This document shows positions 29,590 to 40,639 of a DNA stretch of 64,000 nucleotides, piece after piece. The notes under the pieces are model-generated. The model was not told where the DNA came from, searched no databases, and worked only from the letters and a program-made list of their open reading frames with translations. The position numbers and the translations under genes are program-made. Source of the DNA: an uncultured Actinomycetes bacterium. Lineage in GTDB: Bacteria; Actinomycetota; UBA4738; HRBIN12. Every line of letters starts with the position of its first letter. Position 1 is the first letter of the stretch. The stretch is from the NCBI GenBank assembly GCA_963734685.1, contig CAVTIC010000006.1, positions 211,320 through 275,319 of the forward strand. The letters run 5' to 3'.

Positions 29590-32500
29590 ATGCTTCGCTG
29601 GATCGTCGGGTCGAGCCTCAAGTTCCGATACCTCGTGGTCGCGCTCGCCGCCGCGCTGATGTTCTTCGGCGTGCAGCAGCTCCGCCACACCGCGGTCGAC
29701 GTCTTCCCCGAGTTCGCGCCGCCGAAGGTCGAGGTCCAGACGCCGTCCCTGGGGCTGTCCGCGAACCAGGTCGAGTCGCTGGTCACGATCCCGCTCGAGC
29801 AGACGCTCAACGGGGTCCCCGGCCTCGACGAGATCCGCTCGAAGTCGGTGGAGTCGCTGTCGTCGATCGAGATGATCTTCAAGCCCGGCACCGATCTGCT
29901 CACCGCTCGGCAGCACGTCGCGGAGCGCATCGCCCAGATCTCGCCGCAGCTCCCGACCTGGGCGAGCCCTCCCTTCATGATCCAGCCCCTGTCCGCGACG
30001 AGCCGCGTCATGAAGATCGGGCTCACGACGACCGACCCAGACTTGGACCTGATCGACCTGTCGATGACGACCTACTGGAAGATCAGGACCCGTCTGATGC
30101 GGGTGCCGGGCGTCGCGAACGTGCCGATCTGGGGCGAGCGGATCGAGATGCCCACGATCCAGATCGATCCGAAGCGGCTCCGCGAGCACAACGTCACGGT
30201 CGACGCCGTCTCGACGGCCGTGGCGGACGCCCTGGACGCGGGGCTGCTCCAGTACTCCGACGGCAACTACATCGGGCGCGGCGGCTTCATCGACACCGCC
30301 GACCAACCGCTACCAGGTCCGGCACGTCCTGCCGATCGTGGAGGCCGCGGACCTGGCCGAGATCCCGGTCGAGTCGGCCGACGGCAAGAAGCTCGAGCAT
30401 CGAGGACGTGGCGAACCTCGAGCGAGGCACCTGGCCGCTGGTGGGTGACGCCGTCATCAACGACGGCCAGGGCCTGATGCTCATCGTCGAGAAGCTGCCC
30501 TGGGCGAACACCCTGGACGTGACGCGCGGGGTCGAGGCGGCGCTGGAGGAGCTCAAGCCCGGCCTGTCCGGCATCGCGATCGACGCGACGATCTTCCGCC
30601 CGGCGACCTTCATCGAGGAGTCGATCAGCAACCTCTCCAAGGCCATCTGGTTCGGGGCGATCCTGATGGTCCTGATGCTCTGCCTGTTCCTCTACAGCTG
30701 GCGCACCGCCGTGATCAGCGTGGTGGCGATCCCGCTGTCGCTGATCGCGGCCGGTCTCGTCCTGCACTGGCGCGGGGCGACGATCAACACGATGATCCTG
30801 GCCGGCATGGTGATCGCCCTCGGCGACATCGTCGACGACGCGATCATCGACATCGAGAACGTGGTCCGACGTCTGCGGCAGCGTCGCCGGCGAGGGCGGC
30901 GGCGCGTCGACCGCCAGGATCATCCTCGACGCCTCGCTCGAGGTTCGAAGCGCGATCGTGTACGCGACGCTGATCGAGATCGTCGCCGTCGCGCCGATCT
31001 TCATGCTCGAGGGACTGTCCGGGTCGTTCTTCCGGCCGCTCGCCACGTCGTACGCGCTCGCGTTGCTCGCGTCGATGGTCGTCGCGCTGACGGTGACCCC
31101 GGCGATGAGCCTGATCTTCTTCAGGAAGCCGTCCTCCCTGCAGCACCGCGAGTCGCCGGTCGTCCCCGCCCTCCAGCGCGGGTACCACTTCGTCCTCGAG
31201 AGGATCGTCCGACGGCCTCGTCGCGCGTACGCGGCGGTCGGCCTCGCGACGGTGATGGGCGTCGCGGCCCTGCCGCTGCTCGGCCAATCGCTCCTGCCCT
31301 CCTTCAAGGAGCGCGACTTCCTGATGCACTGGCTGACGGTGCCCGGCACCGGGCCAGCCGGAGATGTTCCGGATCTCCGCTCGGGCCAACCACGAGCTGC
31401 TGGAGATCCCCGGGGTCAGGAACGCCGGGTCGCACATCGGGCAGGCGCTGCTGATGGACGAGGTCGTCGGGATCGACTTCGGCGAGAACTGGATCAGCGT
31501 CGACCCGTCCGTCGACTACGACGAGACCCTCGCGAAGATCCAGGAGGTCGTCGACGGCTACCCGGGCCTGTACCGCGACGTGCTGACCTACCTGAAGGAG
31601 CGGATCCGGGAGGTCCTGACGGGCTCGAGCGAGGCCATCACGATCCGGATCTACGGGCAGGACCTGGCTCAGCTGCAGGAGACGGCCGACGAGATCAACG
31701 AGATCGTCGGGAGCATCCCCGGCGTGACGAGGACCACGTCGAGTCCCTCAAGGACATCCCCCAGGTCAGCGTCGAGGTCGATCTCGGCGCAGCGCAGCGC
31801 TACGGGCTCAAGCCCGGCGACGTCCGCCGGGCCGCCGCCCGGCTGCTCGCAGGTGAGGAGGCCGGCGACATCTTCCGGGAGGCAAGGCCTACGACATCCA
31901 GGTCTGGAGCACGCCCGAGACCCGTGACACCTACAGCGACATCGGGAACCTGCTGATCGACACGCCCAGCGGCAAGTACGTCCACCTGAAGGACGTGGCG
32001 ACGGTGACGATCGAGCCCGTTCCCAACGTCATCTATCACGACAACCTGTTCAGGAGCCTCGACGTCGGCGCCAACATCGACGGCAGCCGGGACCTCGGCT
32101 CGATCGTGGGCGAGCTCGAGAATCGCCTCGAGACTACGACTGGCCGGCCGAGTACCACGCCGAGTTCCTCGGTGAGTACACGGAGCGGCGAGAGGCCGCG
32201 AACCGGTTGAACGTCGGCGCGATCGCGGCGGCCATCGGGATCTTCCTGCTGCTGCAGGCGTCGTTCGGCAGCTGGCGGCTCGCCACGCTCTCGTTCCTGA
32301 CCCTGCCGATCGCGCTGATCGGTGGCGTGATCGCGGCGTACCTCACCGGTGGAGTCATCTCGCTCGGATCGCTCGTCGGGTTCTTCACGGTGCTGGGGAT
32401 CGTCGCGCGGAACGGGATCATGCTGATCAGCCACTACCAGCATCTCGAGCGGTTCGAGGGCGTTCCCTTCGGCCCGGAGCTGGTCCTGCAGGGAGCCCGT

Positions 32501-32740
32501 GAGCGGGTCGTACCGATCATGATGACGGTCCTGACGACCGGGCTCGCCCTCGTGCCGCTGCTCATCGCGGGGGAGATCCCCGGCCAGGAGATCGAGTATC
32601 CGATGGCCTGGGTCATCCTCGGCGGGCTCATCACGGCGACGTTGCTGAACCTGTTCGTCGTGCCATCGTTGTACCTGCGGTTCGCGAAGAAGGGTGGCCA
32701 GGCCGGAACGCCGATGCCTGCGGCTCCGGTGCCCGCGTAA
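29590..32740 (+). pseudogene. CusA/CzcA-like efflux RND transporter permease, copy 2 (about 50% identical to copy 1 over the first 160 aa), broken by at least 6 frame changes
   Basis: [40 protein letters not shown]... through GGFIDTADQ, then continues in ORFs 30408, 30958, 31364, other unlisted frames, and 32207 (C-terminus ...[37 protein letters not shown]). Confidence 0.8.
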
Positions 32741-32750
32741 GGAGACGAAG

Positions 32751-33728
32751 GTGACGGAGGCACGCTTCCCCAGGTGGGTGCCGCGTGCGGGAGCACGGCG
32801 AGTGCCCGCGGCGATGCGCAGGTGCCTCGCTCCCCTCGTGTGCGTGGCCGTGCTCGGTGCGTGCAGCCAGGGCGGGTCGGGGTCGACGACCCCGGCCCCC
32901 TCGGGCACCGCCCAGGCGGCCCCGTCGCCGACGACGACCAGTCCGGAGCCGCACGTGGACGTCAAGGCGAGCGACTTCGACCCCGCCAACTTCGATCCCT
33001 CGACCGCCGTCGACAACCGGTGGTTCCCTCTGACCCCCGGGACCCAGTTCGTCTATCGCGGGTCGTCGCTCGAGGATGGCGAACGTCTCACGCACAAGGT
33101 GGTCTTCACGGTCAGCGACATGACCAAGGAAGTCGCCGGTGTTCGCGTGGTCGTGATCTGGGACCGCGACTACACGGAAGGCGAGCTCGTGGAAGCCGAG
33201 GTCGCGTTCTTCGCTCAGGACCGCGACGGGAACGTGTGGCACCTGGGGCAATATCCCGAGGAGTACGAGGCAGGGAAGCTCGTCAAGTCTCCCGGCTGGG
33301 TCGCGGGCGAGGAAGGCTCGAAGGCGGGCATCGCGATGAAGGCCGAGCCGAAGCTGGGCGCACCGGATTATTCTCAGGGGTACTCGCCACCACCGATCAA
33401 CTGGATCGATCGAGCGCGGACGTACGAGATAGGTGCCAAGACGTGCGTGCCGGTCGACTGCTACGAGGATGTGCTCATCACTGAGGAGTTCGAGCGATCG
33501 AAGCCGGGAGCGTTCCAGCTCAAGTACTACGCGCCGGGAGTGGGCAACGTCCGTGTCGGGTGGCGAGGTAAGAACGAGGAAGAGCGAGAGGAGCTCGTGC
33601 TGATCGAGTATCGCCGACTCGACGGAGCGCAGATGGAGATGGTCCGCGAGGCCGTGCTCGCGCTCGACCGGAACGCTTTCGAGCGGATCCCGGCCTACGC
33701 TTCGACATCGCCTGCCGAAGCCTCGTGA
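32751..33728 (+). CDS. Lipoprotein, uncharacterized family (paralog A)
   Basis: Lipobox VAVLGAC (GTG 32751 after AAGGAGA; alternative ATG 32814). Conserved blocks DNRWFPLTPGTQFVY, GNVWHLGQYPEEYEAG, GAKTCVPVDCYEDV, ALDRNA shared with paralogs at 33774 and 54119. Confidence 0.65.
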   Translation: MTEARFPRWVPRAGARRVPAAMRRCLAPLVCVAVLGACSQGGSGSTTPAPSGTAQAAPSPTTTSPEPHVDVKASDFDPANFDPSTAVDNRWFPLTPGTQFVYRGSSLEDGERLTHKVVFTVSDMTKEVAGVRVVVIWDRDYTEGELVEAEVAFFAQDRDGNVWHLGQYPEEYEAGKLVKSPGWVAGEEGSKAGIAMKAEPKLGAPDYSQGYSPPPINWIDRARTYEIGAKTCVPVDCYEDVLITEEFERSKPGAFQLKYYAPGVGNVRVGWRGKNEEEREELVLIEYRRLDGAQMEMVREAVLALDRNAFERIPAYASTSPAEAS

Positions 33729-33773
33729 GGTCCAACCTTCTGACACGCTGAAGTGTTGGGGGGTCGGACGGAG

Positions 33774-34487
33774 ATGCGGCGTGGACGGAGATGCTGGGCC
33801 CTGATGAGCTTGGTCGTGCTCGCGTCCGCATCGTGCTCCCGCCCGGAGAGCTTCGAGGATCTCATGGACATCGGCGTCTGCGATCCGGCCACCGCGGAGT
33901 TCACGCTCCAGATCGACAATCCGTTCTTCCCGTTGCCGGTTGGGCGCCAGATCGTGCTGGAGGGGTCGGAGTTCTTCTTCACCGACGTGCTCGTCCGGAT
34001 CACCGTCCTCGACGATGTGGAGACGGTGGCCGGGGTGGAGACCCGGGTCGTCGAGGAGTACGAGGCCAAGGACGGACAGGTGGTCGAGGTCTCCCGGAAC
34101 TACTTCGCACAGACTGCCGACGGCACCGTGTGCTACTTCGGGGAAGAGGTCGACATCTACGACGGCGACGGGAACGTCACATCGCACGGCGGAGCCTGGC
34201 GCGCCGACGGGACGACGAACATCCCGGGCATCTTCATGCCCTCCGATCTGGAGGTGGACCAGGCCTTCCCACAGGAGATCGCGCCGGGCGTCGCGGAGGA
34301 CCAAGCGAAGGTGATCGCCCTCGGCGAGGTCGTGGAGGTGCCCGCCGGCACGTTCGACGACACGGCCGCGCTGCTCGACCGCAACCCCCTCGACGGCAGC
34401 GAGGATGAGAAGGTCTACGCCTCCGGCGTGGGCCTGATCGTCGACGGATCCGCTCGGATGACGGGGTTCACGCCGGGTGGAGGATAG
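33774..34487 (+). CDS. Lipoprotein, same uncharacterized family (paralog B)
   Basis: Signal MRRGRRCWALMSLVVLASASC. Shares DNPFFPLPVGRQIVLEGS and GTVCYFGEEVDIYDG blocks with paralog A. Confidence 0.65.
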   Translation: MRRGRRCWALMSLVVLASASCSRPESFEDLMDIGVCDPATAEFTLQIDNPFFPLPVGRQIVLEGSEFFFTDVLVRITVLDDVETVAGVETRVVEEYEAKDGQVVEVSRNYFAQTADGTVCYFGEEVDIYDGDGNVTSHGGAWRADGTTNIPGIFMPSDLEVDQAFPQEIAPGVAEDQAKVIALGEVVEVPAGTFDDTAALLDRNPLDGSEDEKVYASGVGLIVDGSARMTGFTPGGG

Positions 34488-34533
34488 GATCGAACCGAGC
34501 GCGCGTTCTATCCGGCCACGGCGGCGAGCCTCG

Positions 34534-35490
34534 ATGAGTGACTGGGATAATCCGGGCGTGCGGTACGACGACATCCTGGAGGCGATCGGCAACACGCCGC
34601 TCGTCGGTATGCCCCGGATGTCGCCGAACCCTCGGGTGCGGCTGTGGGCGAAGCTCGAGGGCTCGAATCCGACGGGGTCCACGAAGGACCGCATCGCCTT
34701 GAGGATGATCGAGACGGCGGAAGCGAGCGGCGAGCTCACGTCGGCCAAGACGATCCTCGAGCCCACATCGGGGAACACGGGCATCGCGCTCGCCATGGTG
34801 GCGGCGCGCAAGGGGTACGGGCTCACGGTGGTCATCCCCGACAATGCGAGCGAGGAGCGCATCGGCCTGCTTCGTCTGTTCGGCGCCGAGATCGTGTTCA
34901 GCGACGGCGAGAAGGGCACGAACGGATCGATCGAGGTGGCGCGCGCGCTCGCCCAGGACGAGAAGTACTTCATGCCGTTCCAGTACGGGAACCCGGCGAA
35001 CCCGTTGGCGCACCAAGAAGGCACCGCGCAGGAGATCATCCGCGACCTGCCCGAGGTGACTCATTTCGTGGCCGGCATGGGCACCGGTGGCACGCTCACC
35101 GGCAACGGCCGCGGCCTGCATGCCCACAACCCCGACGTCAGGATCATCGCGGCCGAACCGGAGCTCGGCGACCTCGTCTACGGTCTGCGCTCACTCGACG
35201 CGGGGTTCATCCCACCGATCTTCGATCCGAGCGAGATCGATCGGAAGTTCCTCGTCGACTCGTCCAGCTCGCTGCGAACGAACCGCGAGCTCACCTCGAC
35301 CGAGGGCATCTTCGCCGGCATCTCGAGCGGCGCCGTGGTCTACGTGGCGCAGCGCATCGCGAGCGAGATCGACCACGGCGACATCGTGTGCCTGCTGCCC
35401 GACGGCGGGTGGAAGTACCTATCGACGGAGGCCTGGGCGGAGGACCTCGCGACGGCCGAGAAGGGCGTCGCGGAGTCGCTCTGGTGGTGA
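34534..35490 (+). CDS. cysM: CysO-dependent cysteine synthase CysM (O-phosphoserine sulfhydrylase, PLP-dependent)
   Basis: Near-collinear with M. tuberculosis CysM: RLWAKLEGSNPTGSTKDR, ILEPTSGNTGIALA, GNPANP, TEGIFAGISSGAVV, DGGWKYLS. Confidence 0.85.
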   Translation: MSDWDNPGVRYDDILEAIGNTPLVGMPRMSPNPRVRLWAKLEGSNPTGSTKDRIALRMIETAEASGELTSAKTILEPTSGNTGIALAMVAARKGYGLTVVIPDNASEERIGLLRLFGAEIVFSDGEKGTNGSIEVARALAQDEKYFMPFQYGNPANPLAHQEGTAQEIIRDLPEVTHFVAGMGTGGTLTGNGRGLHAHNPDVRIIAAEPELGDLVYGLRSLDAGFIPPIFDPSEIDRKFLVDSSSSLRTNRELTSTEGIFAGISSGAVVYVAQRIASEIDHGDIVCLLPDGGWKYLSTEAWAEDLATAEKGVAESLWW

Positions 35491-35553
35491 GCGCGCTGGG
35501 GTCGTGCACGTGGCGGTGAGCGCCCCGGCCTCGTGCACCGTGGTGGCGAGCAG

Positions 35554-36381
35554 ATGAGCGATCCGCGGCCGATCGGGGTCTTCGACTCCGGGGTCGGAGG
35601 CCTCACGGTCGTGCGAGCCATCATGGATCAGCTGCCGCACGAGCCCATCCTCTACGTGGGTGACACGGCTCGGTTCCCGTACGGCCCGAAGCCCGTCGAC
35701 CTGATCCGGCGTTACGCCCTGGGGATCGCCGACTACCTCGTGCACCGCGACGTGAAGATGCTCGTGGTCGCCTGCAACTCAATCGAGGTGAGCGCCATCG
35801 ATGACATCGCCACCCGTGCAGGGATCCCGGTCGTCGGCGTGATCGACCCCGGCACGCGCGCGGCGGTCCGCTCGACGCGCAACGGGATGATCGGCTTGAT
35901 CGGCACCGAGGCGACGGTGACGAGCGGTGCGTACGACCGAGCCCTGTCGGCGACGGGCGCTGCGGTGACGCTGCGATCTCAGCCCTGCCCCAGCTTCGTC
36001 GAACACGTCGAACGAGGGGACACGACGAGTCCCACGCTCAGGGCGGCCGCGCGCGGGTATCTTTCCCCGCTGATGGCCGAGGGCATCGACACGCTGATCC
36101 TGGGGTGCACCCACTACCCGCTGCTGTCGGGTCTGCTGCAGCTCGAGCTCGGGCCGGGCGTCGTGCTCGTTTCGTCGGCGGAGGAGACGGCCAAGGACGT
36201 GTATGCGACCCTGCTCGCCGACGACCTGCTCCAGGACGACGGATCGCCCGCCGGTCACGAGTTCCTCGCGACCGGTGATCCGCACGCATTCGAGCGCGTC
36301 GCCACCGTATTCCTCGGGCCCGAGCTGACCGACGTCGGCGCCGCACAGGCGCAACCGGTGGGGGGTGGCACGTGGAGCTGA
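35554..36381 (+). CDS. murI: Glutamate racemase
   Basis: IGVFDSGVGGLTV, FPYGPKP, VVACNS, LILGCTHYPLL. Confidence 0.9.
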   Translation: MSDPRPIGVFDSGVGGLTVVRAIMDQLPHEPILYVGDTARFPYGPKPVDLIRRYALGIADYLVHRDVKMLVVACNSIEVSAIDDIATRAGIPVVGVIDPGTRAAVRSTRNGMIGLIGTEATVTSGAYDRALSATGAAVTLRSQPCPSFVEHVERGDTTSPTLRAAARGYLSPLMAEGIDTLILGCTHYPLLSGLLQLELGPGVVLVSSAEETAKDVYATLLADDLLQDDGSPAGHEFLATGDPHAFERVATVFLGPELTDVGAAQAQPVGGGTWS

Positions 36382-37124
36382 CGGTGTTGGGCTCGGCCGG
36401 CACATGGCCCGGTCCAGGCGGCGCGACCTGCGGCCACCTGCTCAGCCACGACGGCACCCACGTCTGGCTCGACGCCGGCACCGGCACCTTCGCTCGGCTC
36501 CAGGAGCACATCGGCATCGACGAGATCGCGGCGATCGCGGTGACCCATGGACACACCGACCACTTCATCGACGTGCTGCCGGCGTTCTACGCCCGCCACT
36601 ACGGGGGGATGGGCGCGCCCGGCCTTCCGTTCTACTCGCCCGACGGATTCGTCGAGGGCATGAAGTTGCTCGTCTCCGAGAACGGTCGGGACGTGATGTC
36701 CGAAGCCTATGCGTTCCACACGGTGCGCGGCGGTGACGGGTTCGAGGTCGGACCCTTTCGGTTCGCGGTCTTCGACATGACCCATATCGGCGTGAACGCG
36801 GTCGGGTATCGGGTCGAGGCCGGTGGGGCGGTGCTCGCCTACACGGGCGATTCCGGCCCGTGCCAGGAGGTCGTCGAGATGGCCCTGGGAGCCGATCTGT
36901 TCGTGGCCGAAGCCACGTATCAGGACGCGTCGAACCAGGCGTTCTTCCACATGAGCGCGACTCAGGCGGCCGAGCATGCCACGGCCGCCGGCGCGAAGCG
37001 GCTCATGCTCACTCACATCCTCCCCACGCTCGACCCCGAGATCTCGCGCGATGAGGCCGCCGTGGCATTCGACGGCGTGATCGATCTCGCCCAGGACGGC
37101 ATGACGGTTGAGATCGAGCCGTGA
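36372..37124 (+). CDS. MBL-fold metallo-hydrolase (Rv1339-like cyclic-nucleotide phosphodiesterase position)
   Basis: [10 protein letters not shown] metal motif. Conserved position between murI and rph as in mycobacteria. Confidence 0.8.
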   Translation: MELTVLGSAGTWPGPGGATCGHLLSHDGTHVWLDAGTGTFARLQEHIGIDEIAAIAVTHGHTDHFIDVLPAFYARHYGGMGAPGLPFYSPDGFVEGMKLLVSENGRDVMSEAYAFHTVRGGDGFEVGPFRFAVFDMTHIGVNAVGYRVEAGGAVLAYTGDSGPCQEVVEMALGADLFVAEATYQDASNQAFFHMSATQAAEHATAAGAKRLMLTHILPTLDPEISRDEAAVAFDGVIDLAQDGMTVEIEP

Positions 37125-37146
37125 TGACGGTGACGGAGATCGTCCC

Positions 37147-37875
37147 GTGACGAGGCCCGACGGTCGTTCGGCCGACGAGCTGCGTCCGGTCTCCTGGGAG
37201 ATCGGGTTCCAGGAATGGGCCGCCGGCTCGGTGCTCTTCTCGATGGGCAAGACCCGTGTGCTCGTGGCCGCCAGCGTCTCGGAGGACGCGCCCCGATGGC
37301 TCAAGGGAACGGGCCGAGGCTGGGTGACCGGTGAGTACTCGATGTTGCCTGCCTCGACGTCGGAGCGTTCGAGCCGCGAGGTGAACCGGGGCCGCCCGGG
37401 TGGGCGGACGCAGGAGATCCAGCGGCTGATCGGTAGGTCACTGCGGAGCGTCACCGACCTCTCGCGTCTGGGCGAGCGCACGATCACGATCGACTGCGAC
37501 GTGCTGCAGGCCGATGCGGGCACGCGCACGGCCTCGATCACCGGTGGGTACATCGCGCTTGCGATCGCGCTGCGCGGGCTCGTCGAGCTCGGCAAGGTGC
37601 CCGAGGACCTGCTGTCCGAGAGCGTGGCGGCCGTGAGCGTCGGCATCGTGGACGGCGAAGCACGACTCGATCTGTGCTACGAGGAGGACGCGGGTGCCGA
37701 GGTCGACTTCAACGTGGTGATGACCGGTGGCGGCGCGTTCGTGGAGGTGCAGGGAACGGCCGAGGGCACGCCGTTCTCTCGTGACGACCTCGGCGTCATG
37801 CTCGACCTCGCCGCCACGGGCGTCGGACGGCTCACCGAGCTGCAGCACGAGGCACTGGGTTCGATATCGGGTTGA
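37147..37875 (+). CDS. rph: Ribonuclease PH
   Basis: [13 protein letters not shown]...[18 protein letters not shown]...[16 protein letters not shown]...[19 protein letters not shown] collinear with E. coli Rph. GTG 37147. Confidence 0.9.
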   Translation: MTRPDGRSADELRPVSWEIGFQEWAAGSVLFSMGKTRVLVAASVSEDAPRWLKGTGRGWVTGEYSMLPASTSERSSREVNRGRPGGRTQEIQRLIGRSLRSVTDLSRLGERTITIDCDVLQADAGTRTASITGGYIALAIALRGLVELGKVPEDLLSESVAAVSVGIVDGEARLDLCYEEDAGAEVDFNVVMTGGGAFVEVQGTAEGTPFSRDDLGVMLDLAATGVGRLTELQHEALGSISG

Positions 37876-37883
37876 GATCGCCG

Positions 37884-38489
37884 ATGACCTTCCCCGATCG
37901 GCTCGCGATCGCATCCCGAAACACGCACAAGCTCCGCGAGCTCGGCCGCATCTGCGCCGGATGGCCCGTCGCTTGGATCACGGTCGACGACCACGATCCG
38001 GCGGCGTGGCCCGACGTCGAGGAGACGGGGGAGACCTACCTCGAGAACGCCATCCTGAAAGCCACCCAGGTCGCGGCCGCCCTCGGCGTACCGGCGATCG
38101 CCGACGACTCCGGCATCGAGGTCGACGCGCTCGGCGGGGCGCCGGGGCCCCGTTCCGCCCGGTACGCCGGTGAGGACGCCACCGACGAGCGGAACCTGGA
38201 GGCGCTGATGAGCGCCGTGCGAGGTGTACCGTCAGGCGGCCGCACGGCCCGCTACCGATGCGTCGCCGCGATCGCCTGGCCCGACGGACCGACCGACCAC
38301 GCCGAGGGCGTCTGCGAAGGGTCGCTCGTGTCGAAGCGGCGCGGCGTCCGCGGGTTCGGATACGACCCGATCTTCGTGCCCGCCGGATGGGACGAGACCA
38401 TGGCGCAGCTCACCGACGAGCAGAAGGACCGCATCAGCCATCGCGGGCGGGCGTTCCGGGCGCTCGCCGAGCGGCTGGGGAAGCCGTAG
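37884..38489 (+). CDS. rdgB: RdgB/HAM1 non-canonical purine NTP pyrophosphatase
   Basis: LAIASRNTHKLRE, ETGETYLENA, ADDSGIEVDALGGAPG, RGFGYDPIF. Confidence 0.85.
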   Translation: MTFPDRLAIASRNTHKLRELGRICAGWPVAWITVDDHDPAAWPDVEETGETYLENAILKATQVAAALGVPAIADDSGIEVDALGGAPGPRSARYAGEDATDERNLEALMSAVRGVPSGGRTARYRCVAAIAWPDGPTDHAEGVCEGSLVSKRRGVRGFGYDPIFVPAGWDETMAQLTDEQKDRISHRGRAFRALAERLGKP

Positions 38490-38564
38490 GCGGCTTCCAC
38501 GGCGTCTCGCGGAGCCGACGGTACCCGACTCAAGGTAGCCGCTCGGTTTGTCGAGTCATCTTCC

Positions 38565-39725
38565 GTGGAACCCACGACGACCGCTCCGCCGGTCATGGAC
38601 CGCCGCGTGCTGCGCAGCACGAAGGGCTTCTTCGACGGGAAGTCCCCGATGCTCGTGGCCGTGCTCGGTCTGGCCTTCATCGCGGTCGTGAGCGTGCTCG
38701 ACTACCTCACCGGTCCGCAGCTCTCGCTGTCGCTCCTGTACCTCATGCCGATCGGCCTCGTGACGTGGAACCTCGGCCGCCGGTGGGGTGCCGTCGCCGT
38801 GGTCATCTCTACGGTCGCCGCGCTCGTCTCCGACGTCCTCTCGTCTCCCTCCACGACGACGACCGACCCGGTGCCGTACTGGAACGGCATCGTGCGGTTC
38901 GCCGTCTTCCTGGCGGCGGCGATGCTGCTGGACACCCTGCGCTCGATCATCGACGCGCAGTGGAACCTGGTCGAGGAGGAGGCCGGACGCTCGAGCGATC
39001 TGCGTGAGATGAACGACGTGAAGAACACGCTGTTGCATGCCGTGTCGCATGACCTGAAGGGTCCTCTGGCCGGCATCCTCGGTGCGATGCAGACGATCCG
39101 GCGCGACGACGTGTTGCATCTGACGCCCGACGAGCGCGAGGCGCTCTACCAGGTGATCGAGCAGAGCGGCCGGAAGATGAACCGTCTGATCGACGACCTG
39201 CTCGACCTCGACCGCATCGACCGGGGCAAGGTCCTGCCGCAGCGCAAGCCCACCGACGTGGGGGCGTTGGCCCGCCGCGTCGTGGCGGAGAGCTCACTGT
39301 TGACCGAACATCCCGTCCGGGTACGAGCCGACGCCGTCATGGTCGAGGTCGATCCGGGCAAGGTCGAGCGGGTGGTGGAGAACCTGCTCGTGAACGCGGC
39401 GCGGCACACCCCGCCGGGCACGGCCGTGGAGGTCGACGTCACCGCCCGGCCCGGCGGTGTCGTGCTGACCGTGGAAGACGACGGCCCGGGCGTCCCCGAC
39501 GAGCTCAAGGAGGCGCTGTTCGAGCCGTTCCGCCAGGGAGAGGATTCGAGCGGGCGCGGCATGGGCATCGGCCTCTCGCTCGTCCAGCGATTCGCGGAGC
39601 TCCACGGGGGAACCGCCAGGATCGAGGACGCTCCGACCGGCGGGGCTCGGTTCGTCGTGACCCTGCCGGGCGAGGTCGTTACTCTCGACGAACCGATCGC
39701 CGAACCACAGCTCCACGCGGTCTGA
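38565..39725 (+). CDS. Sensor histidine kinase with N-terminal multi-TM (DUF4118-like) domain; no adjacent response regulator
   Basis: H-box LLHAVSHDLKGPLAGI, N/G boxes (ENLLVNAARHT, DDGPGVP, GMGIGLSLV). Confidence 0.8.
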   Translation: MEPTTTAPPVMDRRVLRSTKGFFDGKSPMLVAVLGLAFIAVVSVLDYLTGPQLSLSLLYLMPIGLVTWNLGRRWGAVAVVISTVAALVSDVLSSPSTTTTDPVPYWNGIVRFAVFLAAAMLLDTLRSIIDAQWNLVEEEAGRSSDLREMNDVKNTLLHAVSHDLKGPLAGILGAMQTIRRDDVLHLTPDEREALYQVIEQSGRKMNRLIDDLLDLDRIDRGKVLPQRKPTDVGALARRVVAESSLLTEHPVRVRADAVMVEVDPGKVERVVENLLVNAARHTPPGTAVEVDVTARPGGVVLTVEDDGPGVPDELKEALFEPFRQGEDSSGRGMGIGLSLVQRFAELHGGTARIEDAPTGGARFVVTLPGEVVTLDEPIAEPQLHAV

Positions 39726-39790
39726 GTCCGCACCTTCGCGGCACCGTGGAGATGGGTGACCGAGACCGCTTCGGCGGGTGGTCGACGAGG

Positions 39791-40063
39791 TCAATGTCCG
39801 CCAGGTGCCACGAGGCGCGCGCGGATCACGCTGTCCATCTCATCCTGCGACCAGACCCTCGCTATCGCCTCTCTGATGATGGCATGGCGCAACTCCTCGT
39901 CGGCATCAAGGTCCGCCTGTTCCGCCTCCGTCCGTGTCCCCGGCTGGTCGTGAGTCTCGATCCGCTCACGACCTGCGCGCCGTATCGCAGCGAAATCATC
40001 GCAGGGATCGACGGCGTGCCCGTCCAGGAACCACGTGTCCACCCGGGGCTCGTAATGCAGCAT
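39791..40063 (-). CDS. Hypothetical small protein (90 aa)
   Basis: Strong RBS GGAGAAGGAG immediately upstream on the minus strand. No recognizable family. Confidence 0.4.
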   Translation of the reverse strand: MLHYEPRVDTWFLDGHAVDPCDDFAAIRRAGRERIETHDQPGTRTEAEQADLDADEELRHAIIREAIARVWSQDEMDSVIRARLVAPGGH

Positions 40064-40181
40064 CTCCTTCTCCCCTCCCCTCAGATCTCGGGGCTGAACC
40101 GTCGGCTTCCTCTACCGCAAGGGTAGGCCGTGACCCGCCTGGTCGGGGGGCCGGACGAACCGCACGGAGGGAGCCGGTCGG

Positions 40182-40340
40182 TGCGAGAGGGGGGGTCGAA
40201 CCACACGCCCTTTCGGGCACCGGGGCCTAAAGGCGGTGCCACCACGCACGGATCCCGTCGTCACGGGTCGCCTGGTGCCCGCTCGTGTCGTCTCGTGACC
40301 GTGAGGGTCACTCCCTTGTGAGCAAAGCGTGAGCAAGAGG
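40182..40340 (-). repeat. Repeat unit A: degenerate tRNA-Leu 3'-half copy plus ~100-nt shared flank ending in an AGCGTGAGCA motif
   Basis: About 75-80% identical to unit B (43117..43275). The first ~55 nt align to the 3' half of the intact tRNA-Leu at 45142..45225. Confidence 0.6.
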
Positions 40341-40639
40341 ATCGGTGGACATGTAAAGGATTCGTCTCTCCTGGACCACCATCTGTGCGGTGGACGATGT
40401 GGACCTGACCGTGTGCAGGTGCGCGGTTTCGCCGACGACGAGATCGACAGCGCTGTCTTCTACCCGCAGGATGACGGCTTCCTCGTCGACCGAGAAACAT
40501 TGGTACGCCACTACGCCTTCCACTGACACCAGGACGGCTCGGCAGGCCGTTGACACCGAGACCGGGCCGCACTCTTCGGGGGCGGTGGGCGCGTCCGCCC
40601 GAGAGAGATGACGTTGCCGGCGTGGCGTCGTGGTCTGTC

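Noticed and set aside
40308-40556. Small ORFs on both strands inside islet 2 (40329..40526 + and 40308..40556 -)
   Set aside because: GC3 is about 67% on both strands versus over 85% in real genes here. No motifs. More likely non-coding, low-GC islet DNA.
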